A stretch of DNA of 64,000 nucleotides from positions 439,867 to 503,866 of the forward strand of contig JAHLTZ010000018.1 in assembly GCA_025786725.1 (NCBI GenBank), given 5' to 3'. The notes beneath the pieces were generated by a model. That model searched no databases and was not told the origin of the DNA. It worked only from the letters and a program-made list of their open reading frames with translations. Made by a program: the position numbers and the translations under genes. Source of the DNA: Syncephalis fuscata S228. Lineage: Eukaryota > Fungi > Zoopagomycota. Below are positions 1 through 11,404 of this stretch, one piece after another (position 1 is the stretch's first letter; each line of letters begins with the position of its first letter).

Positions 1-100
1 TTGTTGGCGGTTGGGTTTGAGGATTTGGTAGACCAAATACTGTAGCGAGACTTGATAAACCAACAAGGCAAACACCCAACAAAATAGTAGTGAACTTCAT
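1..100 (-). CDS. Secreted protein, N-terminus only (runs off window edge); probable member of the adjacent secreted family
   Basis: Manual translation from ATG at 100 gives MKFTTILLGVCLVGLSSLATVFGLPNPQTQPPT. This is a signal peptide followed by QPPT, as in the 5237-5842 protein (RPQNQPPT). Same strand as the cluster. Confidence 0.65.
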   Translation of the reverse strand, partial: MKFTTILLGVCLVGLSSLATVFGLPNPQTQPPT

Positions 101-819
101 GGTTTCTAATGGTATTTAGATAAATAGAATAGGTAGGTTTTCTTGTATGACTCAATGGTGTAAATAATGGAAATGTAACAAAGCACTTTTAAGATTAAGA
201 AATGGAAAGAGTATGACATCCTTCTTCAGCTGGCCGCCTTAAGCTAGCATTTATGTGCTGTAATATCTAACGCTTCCACAGAAACGTTATAAATACGTCA
301 GCAGTAGACTATTTAGTACAGCGTTCATATAGATAAAAATATGTTTACAATGATGCAGGTGTGCACCAATGAAAATGGGTTCATGTGTACAAGGTAAAAC
401 TAATAGTCACTTCAAAGGTTTGGCTTTTTTATGATGGAAATTCTTAGTATCATAAATAAAAAGAATTTGGAAAATTAAATGTATTCGATAAACGTTTAGA
501 GATGGAATTGAATAAGTTAAAGTCATATAATAGCGTTTGTTTAAATACTAACCGTGAGTATTTATACCAATAGTAGCACATATATATAAAAGTCATTAAT
601 AATGATAACGCAGCAATGCAGATGATATATACACGATTCACTAATCAAGCAATATTTAATAGATATAAGCGCGTAAATTTAATTTATATCAGGTTTAAAT
701 ATAGTAACATGCATTTTTTATAAAAACATTGTAACATAATTTATAAATTATACCAAAAAACTATATTTCTGCATTAACACCAACCAATTAAAGTCATTAT
801 ACTTTGCCATATATTTTTG

Positions 820-1249
820 TTAAAATAAATAAACATCTAGTGTTCATTAGTAATGTTAAGTGTGTACTTGTATAGATTCTATCTTAAACTAGCATAGACT
901 GCTTTGGTTATTGTTTTAAGATTGCATCGTTGTCAATGTATTTGTTTTTTTAAAAATCCATGCGTAGCATATAGCTATCTGTTTAATTATATATAATATT
1001 ACGATGGTACATACTGCTTAGTTTAATATTTGATGAACGCAAATTATTAGCCAACAATCGTTGAATTCTAGCTAATATAATTACTATTATAGCAAATAAT
1101 ATATTGCATTTGTATAGTAATCAATAGCTATAGAAGCACATATTATGCATGATAAAAAACAAAATTGGTTATTTAAACTTTTATTCAATGATTTCTTTTC
1201 AATGAATCGATAGCAGTTTACACTGTACTTGTTCAATTACATTATAGAT
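820..1249. repeat. ~430-bp direct repeat, copy 1 (3' flank of the 1297-2058 gene)
   Basis: Near-identical to 4706-5134 (TAAAATAAATAAACATCTAGTGTTCATTAG...GTTCAATTACATTATAGA); only a handful of differences seen by eye. Confidence 0.95.
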
Positions 1250-1296
1250 AATCATCTACTCCTCATTTCCGCTGTTCAGTAAAAAGTTTTCCTTTT

Positions 1297-2058
1297 CTAA
1301 ATAACTTCCTCATCCATATCATCCATATCATCAGCAATGGCATCATTCTGATCAACGATATCATTATTATGGCCTGGAATATCTTCATCGTTACCACGAC
1401 GATTCAATGATCGACGTTTGGCACTAGCTACACAGGTACCATAGTATTGGAGATCTGGGACGGAGCAGCTAGATCCTGAAACACAAATAGTGTTTTCGTT
1501 GTTACATTTGCCACCAACTGCAACGCTCAGTAAACAAGTGGTGGGTTTCCCAGCTGATATGGAGGCACATACCAATCCCATATGGGGCGTGCATGTAAAA
1601 AGACCACCATTGACATTACCACATGCTTGACTGTGGCCAACTTGGGTGCCTCCCGATACCGGGCTAGCAGTAGATGCAGGTACAGGATCAGATGGAGGGC
1701 TAGGGCGATGGCCGGTTGTTGGGCCAAAACCAGCTATACAGATACCAGTTGGGTGACCGGGCTTAATGTCGCAGGTAAATCCGTCGGCACATTTAGCGTT
1801 CTCGTGATTGCATTCGCCATTGAGAGTTGAAACAAGGAGGCAAATTTTTACATTAGCTCCTAGCATGGTGTCGCACTTGCTTCCTGCTGGACAAGGAAAT
1901 TCAGTGCTATCGCCTTTATCGCATTCGTCACCACGCTTGGAAGGTGGACGCCGTTGGATACTTGGGGTTTGTGGGCCACTTGGACGTGCATCAACACTGA
2001 CGGCTAGAACGGCCAACACAGTGGCAAATTTGGCGATGCTGGATAGAGTGAGCTTCAT
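1297..2058 (-). CDS. Secreted Cys-rich protein: signal peptide + two 8-Cys modules (A-A) + acidic tail
   Basis: True start is MKLTLSSIAKF at 2058, by alignment with paralog starts. Two units C-x9-C-x5/7-C-x10-C-x9-C-x6-C-x5-C-x10-C separated by a Pro/Ser linker; KR/RR sites flank the modules; intronless. Confidence 0.92.
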   Translation of the reverse strand: MKLTLSSIAKFATVLAVLAVSVDARPSGPQTPSIQRRPPSKRGDECDKGDSTEFPCPAGSKCDTMLGANVKICLLVSTLNGECNHENAKCADGFTCDIKPGHPTGICIAGFGPTTGHRPSPPSDPVPASTASPVSGGTQVGHSQACGNVNGGLFTCTPHMGLVCASISAGKPTTCLLSVAVGGKCNNENTICVSGSSCSVPDLQYYGTCVASAKRRSLNRRGNDEDIPGHNNDIVDQNDAIADDMDDMDEEVI

Positions 2059-2960
2059 GTTGATATTGACAATTTTAAGTCTTAATTGAGCTATGGAAAT
2101 GTGAATGTAAATGTAAATACAATAATGCTTGTGATGCTTATGATGCACAGAATGGCTTAAACAAGAATGCTGATGCTGGTGTAGAACTATTGTCGACTAT
2201 TAAATTCATGCGTTCTTTTATAGTTTAGTTCATGAGACGTACTCATAGTAACTATAATTAGTTGATCATTAATGTCTATGAATAGTCGTACAGCAAAGGA
2301 ATCAGTGACGTGTATAGGAATAAACTGCCATTCAACAATGTATACAAACATTCTTTGTTTTAAAAAACAATATAATCTCATTGGGTAATGGTGGTGCTGT
2401 TGGTTACACAAATATTATGATTAGACTGATCATAGCTCATTGTTTCTCGAAGTGTAATTGTTATTTCATAAACTTCAAAGGCCTACGTCAGACGACAATC
2501 AATTATTAACTTCATTGTTATGCGGATAGCTACGATAGTTTTACTGCTGTTGTTATGTCTATGAGGAACAATAAACGTGTGTATGTCTTGAGGAACATCT
2601 GTTTAATGAGTTCTTTGTTTTTATCCAACATTGAGGCATGGAACATTCTCAGGTTTATTTCTCAACTTTGTAATCTAAAAATAGCATAATTATACATGGA
2701 AATATACACTTGATTCAAGAGCCAGAGCAGTATTATGGCTGTACTTTCAAATTGCAATCGCAAAATGCTATTCAAAGACAATAAACATATTTATTCTATT
2801 TTAAACGCTGTCAGTATAACAGTGAATGCGGTCATTTTAGGTATAATAATGATTTATTATTATATTGTTACAAGTATGATGATTTCCTAATCTATTACAG
2901 TTTAAACTTTATTAATTAAACGCTTTACCAAGTTGTTGCAGATACATTAGCATAATATAA
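2059..2960 (-). promoter_or_regulatory. Family 5'UTR/promoter cassette, copy 1
   Basis: Alignable with 3859-4700, 5843-6680 and 22856-23290. TATAAAAG (minus strand) at 2215-2222; conserved GTCGTACAGCAAAGGAAT (plus strand) at 2285-2302. Confidence 0.75.
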
Positions 2961-3203
2961 ATTCTTATTAGAGCTCTGCCGTTATTATACATGGTTATAA
3001 TCTACTAAATCACATAAAAATACTGATTTAAGCCAGATTTGAAAGTTTAAGTTATTTAATATTGATAATCATTATTTTATTAAAATAATATTAAAGCATC
3101 TAAGCTGCTTTTATATTTCTTATCTTTATTTGGCTGCTTGGTCAATGTTAAATTATCGCGCTACTAGTGTTGTAACACTATCTTAAAAGCTAAAATAATC
3201 GTT

Positions 3204-3858
3204 TTAATTTTTTATTACTAAAGCCAGGTGTATAATAAAGAGCAGCTGCATTTTTAATGTCAAACTGCTATATTCAATATAGTATTTTAATGCCTCATTG
3301 CGTTTATAGCCTTCATCGTCTCTGTCGCAGCCATATTTAATAACGTTGTCTTTTTGTTTTCTTATGAATTGGAATTGCGTCGCCATTATTGCACTTGTGA
3401 TTATTAAAGCAGTATTGGCCGTTTCTCCTTTCTAAACTAAAACCCATCCGTGCCATAAATCTGTTTGCTGTAAGGTCTACGTGTGACAAACTCCTTGCTA
3501 TCTGCATCATAGCCCGATGCAGGGTCAGAATCAGGTGCCGTATTGGAACTGGATATACAAGTGCCAGTAGATTGGTAGGGCTCAATGCTGCAAGTAAGTC
3601 CACTAGCACATTTAGAATGATCGATATTGCATGCACCATCAATATTTGAAACATTTATGCATGTTTTTGGGAACGACCTGGCATGGTATCACACTTTAAA
3701 CCTGAAGTACATTCGTAGTTAATGCCGTCGATCAAATCACAATCGCCACCAAGTCTTGTAGATATACTCCTTTGACTGCTTGGGCGTGCATCGGCACTGG
3801 CAGCCAGAACAACTAGCACAGCGATAAATTTGGCGACTTTGGTTACCGCAAACTTCAT
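3204..3858 (-). pseudogene. Disrupted secreted A-B chimera (signal peptide + 8-Cys module + YGTDG module)
   Basis: Repairing frameshifts at ~3665, ~3440 and ~3355 gives ...CDTMPGRSQK/TCINVSNIDGACNIDHSKCASGLTCSIEPYQSTGTC...KQIYGTDGF/SLERRNGQYCFNNHKC...K/KDNVIKYGCDRDDEGYKRNEALK. The conserved CKY has become HKC. Confidence 0.8.
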
Positions 3859-4700
3859 GCTGACATTGATAATGTTAAGTAAAAATGTAAATACAACAAT
3901 GCTAAATGCTCGTAATGCTACAAATGGTTTAAAACAAAATGCTAATTTTTGAAATAAAACTATTGTCGACTATTAATCTTATGCGCTCTTTATAGCTTAG
4001 CTTCACAAAACGTATTCACGACAACTACAATTGGCTGATTACTCGCATCCGTGAATAGTCGTACAGCAAAGGAATCAATAGCGAGTATAAGAATAAACAA
4101 TCACTTCCACCAGTATACACACATGCTTTGTGCTAAGAACAACACAATCCCAATGGATGATGGTAATGGCAGTTACACGAGCACTGAATAGACCAATCAT
4201 ACATTGTTAACAATCTGTTTTTCGAACTGGAATCGTCAACTTCAAAGGCCTACAACAGGCGACAATTACTTGTCTATTCTATTGCTATACTGATAGATGC
4301 AAGGGATCTAACGATACTGTTATGCCCGTGAGAAATGATAAACGTTAAATCGTGAGTTCTTTATCTCTTATTCAATTGTTAAGGCATGGCACAATTATTG
4401 GTTTATTTCTCAGCTTTATAAGCTAAAAATAGCATGATTAATATAAAATGTACATTTAATTAAAGAATCAGAACGGTGTTTTAGCTATGATTTTAAAAAC
4501 AATTGCAAAAATGCTATTCAAAGACAATTGAAAGTATTTATTTTATTTTAAACATTGCTAGAGTAAAAATAACAAGACATTTCAGGTATAACAATAAGTT
4601 ATTTGTTATAGTGTTACATTTATGATAATTGCATAATTTGTTGAAATCTTGATTGACTAATTAAACGCTTTGTCAAGTTATCGCAGCTAAATTAGCATAA
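3859..4700 (-). promoter_or_regulatory. Family 5'UTR/promoter cassette, copy 2
   Basis: Homologous to 2059-2960; TATA-like element at 3988-3994; GTCGTACAGCAAAGGAAT at 4058-4075. Confidence 0.75.
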
Positions 4701-4705
4701 TTTTA

Positions 4706-5134
4706 TTAAAATAAATAAACATCTAGTGTTCATTAGTAATGTTAAATGTGTACTTGTATAAATTCTATCTTAAACTAGCATAGACTGCTTTGGTTATTGT
4801 TTTAAGATTGCATCGTTGTCAATGTATTTGCTTTTTTAAAAATTCATGCGTAGCATATAGCTATCTGTTTAATTATATATAATATTACGATGGTACATAC
4901 TGCTTAGTTTAATATTTGATGAACGCAAATTATTAGCCAACAATCGTTGAATTCTAGCTAATATAATTACTATTATAGCAAATAATATATTGCATTTGTA
5001 TAGTAATCAATAGCTATAAAAGCACATATTATGCATATAAAAAACAAAATTGGTTATTTAAACTTTTATTCAATGATTTCTTTTCAATGAATCGATAGCA
5101 GTTTACACTGTACTTGTTCAATTACATTATAGAT
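4706..5134. repeat. ~430-bp direct repeat, copy 2 (3' flank of the 5237-5842 gene)
   Basis: Near-identical to 820-1249. Confidence 0.95.
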
Positions 5135-5236
5135 GATAGTTTACTCGCCATCTTCATTGCCCGACAAAAAACTACTCATCCATAAAACCACCGTTGTCAT
5201 TATTGCGAGGATTCAATAATAAATGTTTGGCACTGA

Positions 5237-5842
5237 TTACACACATGTACCATAATACTGTGGGTATGCAGCGTTGCATCTGGATCCTTTAGTACAGATA
5301 GTACCTTCATTGTTGCATTGGCCACCCTTTGGGACCTCTATTAAGCAGATGGGTTGTCCTCCACTTGGTAAAGCAGCGCATACCAAACTGCGGCCGACTG
5401 TGCATGTATAGAGGGTGCCACCTATATTGCCACATGAATTTTTGTGACCAACCTGAACGCCACCAGGAGCCGGGCTTGGAGTTGGAGTTGGAGCTGGACC
5501 TGGACCTGGGGCTGGGCCTGGAGCCGGACCGGATCCAGATTTACAAGTGCCTTGCCATTGATCAGTCTTAATGTCGCAGTAGAGTCCACCGGCACATTTA
5601 CCGGTTCCTTTATTGCATGTGCCACCAAGCTGAATAATATCTAAGCATATTGGGCTGGAAGAGCCTGGCATGGTATCACACGTTAAACCTGCATTGCATT
5701 TAAAAAGAACACCGGCTAAATCACACGAGTTGCCACGGCCTACAGGTGTTGGCGGTTGGTTTTGTGGGCGTGCATCGACATTGGCAGTCAAAGCGACTAG
5801 CAAAGCGGCGAATTTGGAGATGTTGGATAGAGTGAACTGCAT
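5237..5842 (-). CDS. Secreted Cys-rich protein: signal peptide + two 8-Cys modules (A-A) with Pro/Gly linker
   Basis: MQFTLSNISKF...DARP signal peptide; 16 Cys with the same spacing as 1297-2058 (first gap x8); PAPGPAPG linker; intronless. Confidence 0.93.
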   Translation of the reverse strand: MQFTLSNISKFAALLVALTANVDARPQNQPPTPVGRGNSCDLAGVLFKCNAGLTCDTMPGSSSPICLDIIQLGGTCNKGTGKCAGGLYCDIKTDQWQGTCKSGSGPAPGPAPGPGPAPTPTPSPAPGGVQVGHKNSCGNIGGTLYTCTVGRSLVCAALPSGGQPICLIEVPKGGQCNNEGTICTKGSRCNAAYPQYYGTCV

Positions 5843-6680
5843 GTTGGTATTGACAATGTTGAGTCTTGATTGTGTTTTGAAAGTGCGAGTGCAAATGTAA
5901 ATACAGTGCTGTTAGATGCTTGTGATGCTACAAGATAGTCTGAAATGAGAATGCTGATGTTGATGTAGAACTATTGCGACTATTAATTTTGTGCGCTCTT
6001 TTATAGTTCATCTTCGTGAGACATACCCACGGCAACTACAGTTGTTTGATTAGTAGCATCTATGAATAGACGTATAGCAAAGGAATCAGTAGCATGTGTA
6101 GAAATAAATTACCATTGAAATGGTGCGTAAAAACACGTTTGTGCTAAAAAAAGCACGATCCCAATGGATGATGATTTTATTGGTTACACGAACATCGATT
6201 CGGCCAATCATATAGTATTAGCAATTTGCCCACGAATTGAAATTGTAAATTGTAAATTTCAAAGGCTAGCAACAGGCGGCAACCGACTGTCGACTGCATC
6301 CCTATGTTGACAGATACAATGGCACTACAGGCGTTGCTATGACTGTGAGAAATAATGGTACATGTTAAGTTGTAAATTCTTTGTCTTTTTATTTGTTGAC
6401 AGATACAATGGCATTACAGGCGTTGCTATGGCTGTGAGCAATAATGGTACATGTTAAGTTGCGAACTCTGTCTTTTCATTTAATCTTTCAATTGTTAAGG
6501 CATAACACAGCTGTCAGATTTATTGTCCAGCTTATAATCTAAAAATAACTTGTCTATATAGACATTACACATTCAATTTAAGAGTTGGAACAGCACTATA
6601 GCTGTGAATTCAAGTAGAACTTTAGAAGCTACTATTCAAAGGCTAGTGGAGATATTTATTTTAAGCATTGCTAGTGTAAC
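5843..6680 (-). promoter_or_regulatory. Family 5'UTR/promoter cassette, copy 3
   Basis: Homologous to copies 1 and 2; TATA at ~5998-6005; GACGTATAGCAAAGGAAT at 6069-6086. Confidence 0.75.
6305..6480. repeat. 89-bp tandem duplication inside promoter copy 3
   Basis: TGTTGACAGATACAATGGCA...GGTACATGTTAAGTTG starts at both 6305 and 6394. Confidence 0.92.
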
Positions 6681-6862
6681 GGTAGACGACCCATTTGGAT
6701 GCAATATACTTTACCCGTTACATGGCCGAAATAAATTTCCATCAATTAACAAAGGCTCGGCGTTATATTTATAATTAGCTAAAGTCGCAAACGTACATGG
6801 CCTTTTGCTAATAATAGTTTTTTTAAAAATCACTTTTATTTACAGTTATATATTGTACTGCA

Positions 6863-7045
6863 TTATTGTTGTTGTTGGTCATGCGTAGAAAGATCGATCA
6901 AATATCAATAGAAGCCATATGATTGCAATTCCATTTCATTCCGCAGTCGTTGTTATTGCGTCTAAATGGTATTTTCTATTTTTTAATGTTCTACTATTGC
7001 ATTTTGGGCATATTTGTGATGTAATATTATACATTCTATAGTGAT
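6863..7045. repeat. Dispersed repeat homologous to 24332-24537 (distal upstream block of family genes)
   Basis: TTATTGTTGTTGTTGGTCATGCGTAGAAAGAT...TTGCATTTTGGGCATAT aligns with TTATTGTTGTTGTTGACCATGTGTAGAAAGAT...TTGCATTTTGGACATAT. Confidence 0.85.
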
Positions 7046-7643
7046 GTATGGGTGTTTAGTTGTATCTAAAAGTGATAAGAAAAAGAAAGTAAAATAAATA
7101 AATAAAAGATATGAAAGAAAATAGAATAGCTCCAATTTAATAATTAATAAATAGACTTATGTGATTCTGTGTCAAAAAACCAAAATTAACATTCTTTACT
7201 TGATCAAACTACACATTTGCTGTTCTACTAAACATAAAGCTGGATGATGAGTGACATTAAATATCAAACTATAATGCTTTGAATACTTTACAGTAACAAT
7301 AGTATGGATTAACATTTATTTATTATACTTTGTTTTAAGTAACATAAAAATACTATTTAACATTTATTAACACTAATATCAAATATTGAAAATAGCGCAG
7401 ACTGGTTCATCTTTACTTGCATTAATCAGAATTGATATGGCGCCGCTTCAACAAATAACAATTTTTAGTATTAAAAACAGATCGACGGTTTAATATTTGA
7501 GTTATAAATCTTTCTTGTACTTCAGTTTAAGGATAGGGGCATAAAGTGAAATGGCTCTGTATTAATAGAATGTGATGGTGATTCAATTTCACCTTTTTTA
7601 TTTACGCGCTGGTTAATCGTTTTTTACTTGTTTTTTAATCGTA

Positions 7644-9872
7644 ATGAGCGATAAAACTCATGAATTCCAACTGGGATCACGTCCTTTAAAAGCAAGTGCC
7701 TAGCGTGTTGCACATTTCAGGTTTCTTATCATTCTCCATATATTAGAAAAAACCTATAGTAGGTTTTACCAAGTTAACGGATTTAGAGCCCAAAGAGCGC
7801 ACCAATGTATGTGGCGTTGTGGTCTTTCGCGGACCCATTAAACCAACAAAAACCAATGGCAAGTTCTTTAGCTGTTGAGTACTAGCACTTCACTGATAAA
7901 TAATGATAGCTTTCCACGTGTTTTTCCGCCTAATCGATCCGAGCCATCCGCTGATAAACAATGCTATTAGATGCAATATGTTTTTTTCGGTTAGTAAGCA
8001 CGAGCAAATAGAGGCAATTAAGCCGCATCGTACCATTATTGTGGCGCGTAATGTCAAGGTATTGTTACGCCACAACAATACTACCTGGTTTAATAACTAA
8101 AGCTAGATCCAAGAATTTAATCAAGACATCCAAATTGTACTGCATGATGACAATGGAACGTTGCTATTTGACGCAAACCAACCGACACCTCTTATGCCAC
8201 AGTTTGGGATGGAGGCTTTAGAGGATGAACTGATACTAGTGAACTACATACAAGAGTGGTGGCGTGAATTGGCCAATGAGACACAATTGAATGGCGAGTG
8301 CGGATCTACGAACCAAGTTGCCACGTCCTCCCGGTCCACTAGTTATGGTGCTCGACCGACTGTGACCTACGACAAAGCACATCGTCATATGCCATACATC
8401 AATTTTACAGGACAGGTAAACAAAAATGACATAACACTGATAGATTATTATTAATTGTCAATTAGTAGTTACTTAATTACAACGCTATTCATTCGGGTCT
8501 CATAGTTTTATATTTAACCGACTATACAGAACAGCTTGACATTAAGTAGGTGCTTTTATTACTTAATTGCAATTTATTTATTTATTGCTACTACTATTAG
8601 ACCCACGCCAAATATATCGACTGATAAGGATATTCGACCTGTTGAACTACGCCACGAGGGTTGTATTATTCAACGAGAGGCTATAATTGAATGTTGCATT
8701 TGGGATGAGCATGCCGCCACTTTTGTCCAGTCAGATCCGCGTTTATTTGATTATGTTCGCCTGGAAAATGTTAGTTTGAAAATTGACAATATACATGGTC
8801 GGTTAGTTGGCAATGTTCGTGGTGGTAGCTATGGTCGTGTTACAGTTCCATTGGAGTTGAGTGATATACGTGTAGAAACAATTAGAAAGTAAGTAATTAG
8901 CCGTCAGATACTGAATGGAAGTTTGAATAAACATGCATTATTTCTATACCAGACGTAAACAGTCCTATTTAAATCTAAAGGATGAGTCACTGGAGTCAGT
9001 TGTCGGCAAGAACAGCACTAGACAATCATCACAGACAGTGGATGCATCCTTAAATAAACCTAGTGTATTAGCTACAGGCAGGTTATTTAAATGAATATAC
9101 GTTATAATAATACTAATCAAAATATTTAGATTTAGTATTACCACGTCGTTTGGATCTGTCATCCATTCCAAAAGTACTCGATTCACATCAAGTAGGTTGA
9201 TTTATTGTGTTTATTGGCTAATCATCTTATACAATAACACAATTCTGTTTTATAATAGGTACCGTGGCAATTTAAGATTCAAGCTCGGCTAGTATCATAT
9301 TTTCCAAAAGATTTAAGGGATTTCTGTATAGCTGTTTGTTCTAAATGTGGAGCAAAGTACGTAATGATTATTAGGATATATACATGTATATAGATTAAAT
9401 TGCTTTAACAACTATTGTTTTTTGTCAATAGAGAATCTTTTGATGAGATCAAAAGTTGCGACTGCGATGAACACAATAGCATGTACATGTATAGATTTGC
9501 TATTTTGTTGTCAGATGCACCTGAAAAGCAAGTTGATGATTCAAATCACTCATTACAAGTCATTGTGCGTGGTGAAGAGGCGGTAAGTTATATAGCAACA
9601 TCTGTATAGTTATATACCTATTTGATGATTAGATAAACTTTCTTAACATGCCACCGTCGAATTTAAGACAAGATACACTTACGTTAGCACAACTAGAAAA
9701 ACAAATGAATTGGCTGATGGAACAAAAGGCGTTTTCCGAATGGTGTATAGTATCATTCGTTAAGAAGGCTTCCAGTATAGTATACGATAATACACCCACC
9801 AATCAAATAAAGTCAACCTATCAGCTGTTTAATACAAAAACAACTTCGTTAACGGCTGTTCATTCTAATTAG
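7644..9872 (+). CDS. POT1: Protection of telomeres 1 (OB-fold ssDNA telomere-binding protein), ~10 introns
   Basis: Spliced exons give OB1 (GFTKLTDL..NVCGVV..FRLIDPS..RNVK|IQEFN), OB2 (LYLTDYT; IWDEHA..DYVRLENV) and a C-terminal OB with Cys cluster (FKARLVSYFPKDLRDFC..CSKC; YRFAILLSD; YQLFNT). Confidence 0.88.
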
Positions 9873-9916
9873 TCATATAATATGAGGTAGTAGAATTTAT
9901 ACTAAAAAGTACAGTT

Positions 9917-11404
9917 TTATTTGACTTTTTTAGTTTTGCGTTTAGTAGAGGTTGCTTTGGCGGTGGGTTCCGTCGCTGGTGTTGCCGATGCTATCGCAGT
10001 GGTGGGTGGATTTGGAAGTAGTACTGATGGATCAGTCGTTGCCTCTGGTATGGGTGCATCGATGGTGGCCTTTAATAAACGAATGTAGAGCAACAACATA
10101 ATAGCGTGTACGCCCATAGTTAGCCAAAAAGCACCGTCGCTACCACGACAAGAACCTGATACTTCTAGAAACACTTCATCAGCAATAATTCCTTGCTTTC
10201 TAGCCTCTTCTTCTAGATTGACCATTCCATTATCCTCTGCTGGCCCGCCATAACGATATGCCAAGATTGGATCTGACTGACTCATTTGTTGTGCTATCAA
10301 GTAGTAAATACCTAATAAAAGTGTCATGGTGTACTGGGCTGTTTGACCAAGAGTAATAAACCACTAAAGAAATACAGTTAACGTATTAATTAATAGGCAC
10401 AATCAATATGGTTACTACTATATAATCTGTACACTTACTTTAACCTTTACTGGCTGTCCCATAACAGCTTGTGAGTAGAAATAATAGGCGGCTACCAATG
10501 ATATTGAATCAAACAATATAATCCAACTAAAACAATAAAAAACCACTTGCTATAGTGCTACCCGTTGATATTATGCGTAATAGCTTACATGGCAAATGTA
10601 CTGCGATCCTCTAGCCAAGCCCATGCTAATGGCAGTGCCGTCAAATGATGAAACACGAAAATAGGGCGAAGAGGGCGCTTATATACAACGTTGGTCAGAC
10701 CATTAATGCTGCTAATCCCTTCCTAGCTACTTACCTTAGCCAGTAATAGCCATAGTGTATCGAAAAGCTGGTACATTTTTGACAAATAGTAGATGTAGAT
10801 AAGAAACGCGAACCGTCCCGTTGTAGATAGTTCTGGTTCGGGGCTGCAAAACGCACCAATGGCTCCATTATGCTATTATAGAATATGGTTATTATGATAG
10901 CTATCATTTAAAAATACCGTTCACTTGCCTGAATGCGTGTATAAATCTCTTCGTAGGCGGCCATAATCAACACACCCGAGCAAATACTGTAGAAAATACC
11001 ATAGAAAGCACTAGGTATAGTCACGTCATAGGCTGGCCTGCCTTGCATCCACCACTGGCATTATTGTGGGTCAGTTGCTTATAGGCTTCCGATTGTTTAC
11101 TTACGCGCACTAGTCCGATGGTGACCAAGTAGGTTGCAGACAGCAATTACCAGCTATATATAGATAGATAGATTTGGTTATTTATCTGTTTAAGCTATAT
11201 CATACTACTTGCCTGCCAGTCAGACCAGGGTGTTATGCCTTGCTGCCAGGCAAAATCCTTGACAGGAAATACCGAACCAATACGCCAGTTCTCAGAATCC
11301 CAGCTGGTATGCAGCCCAATACCTTGCTTTAAATTAGTCCAGACACCATCGGGCATACGCGCGATAACGCGTTCTACCGTCTCGGCTACTGCAATGTCAG
11401 CCAT
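9917..11404 (-). CDS. GNS1/SUR4 (ELO) fatty-acid elongase family protein with degenerate motifs, multi-exon
   Basis: FAWQQGITPWSDW, YYLSKMYQLFDT, KRPLRPIFVFHH, ITLGQTAQY, CRGS..AFW and a C-terminal basic ER-retrieval-like tail (TKKVK). Confidence 0.85.

Noticed and set aside
2059-2148. N-terminal extensions in the ORF track (2148 start; likewise 23041 start)
   Set aside because: These regions align with the 5'UTR of paralogs; signal peptides begin at 2058 and 22855.
820-5134. The ~430-bp direct repeats as LTRs of a retroelement
   Set aside because: No TG...CA termini, PBS/PPT or gag/pol between them. Each copy is simply the 3' flank of a paralogous gene.
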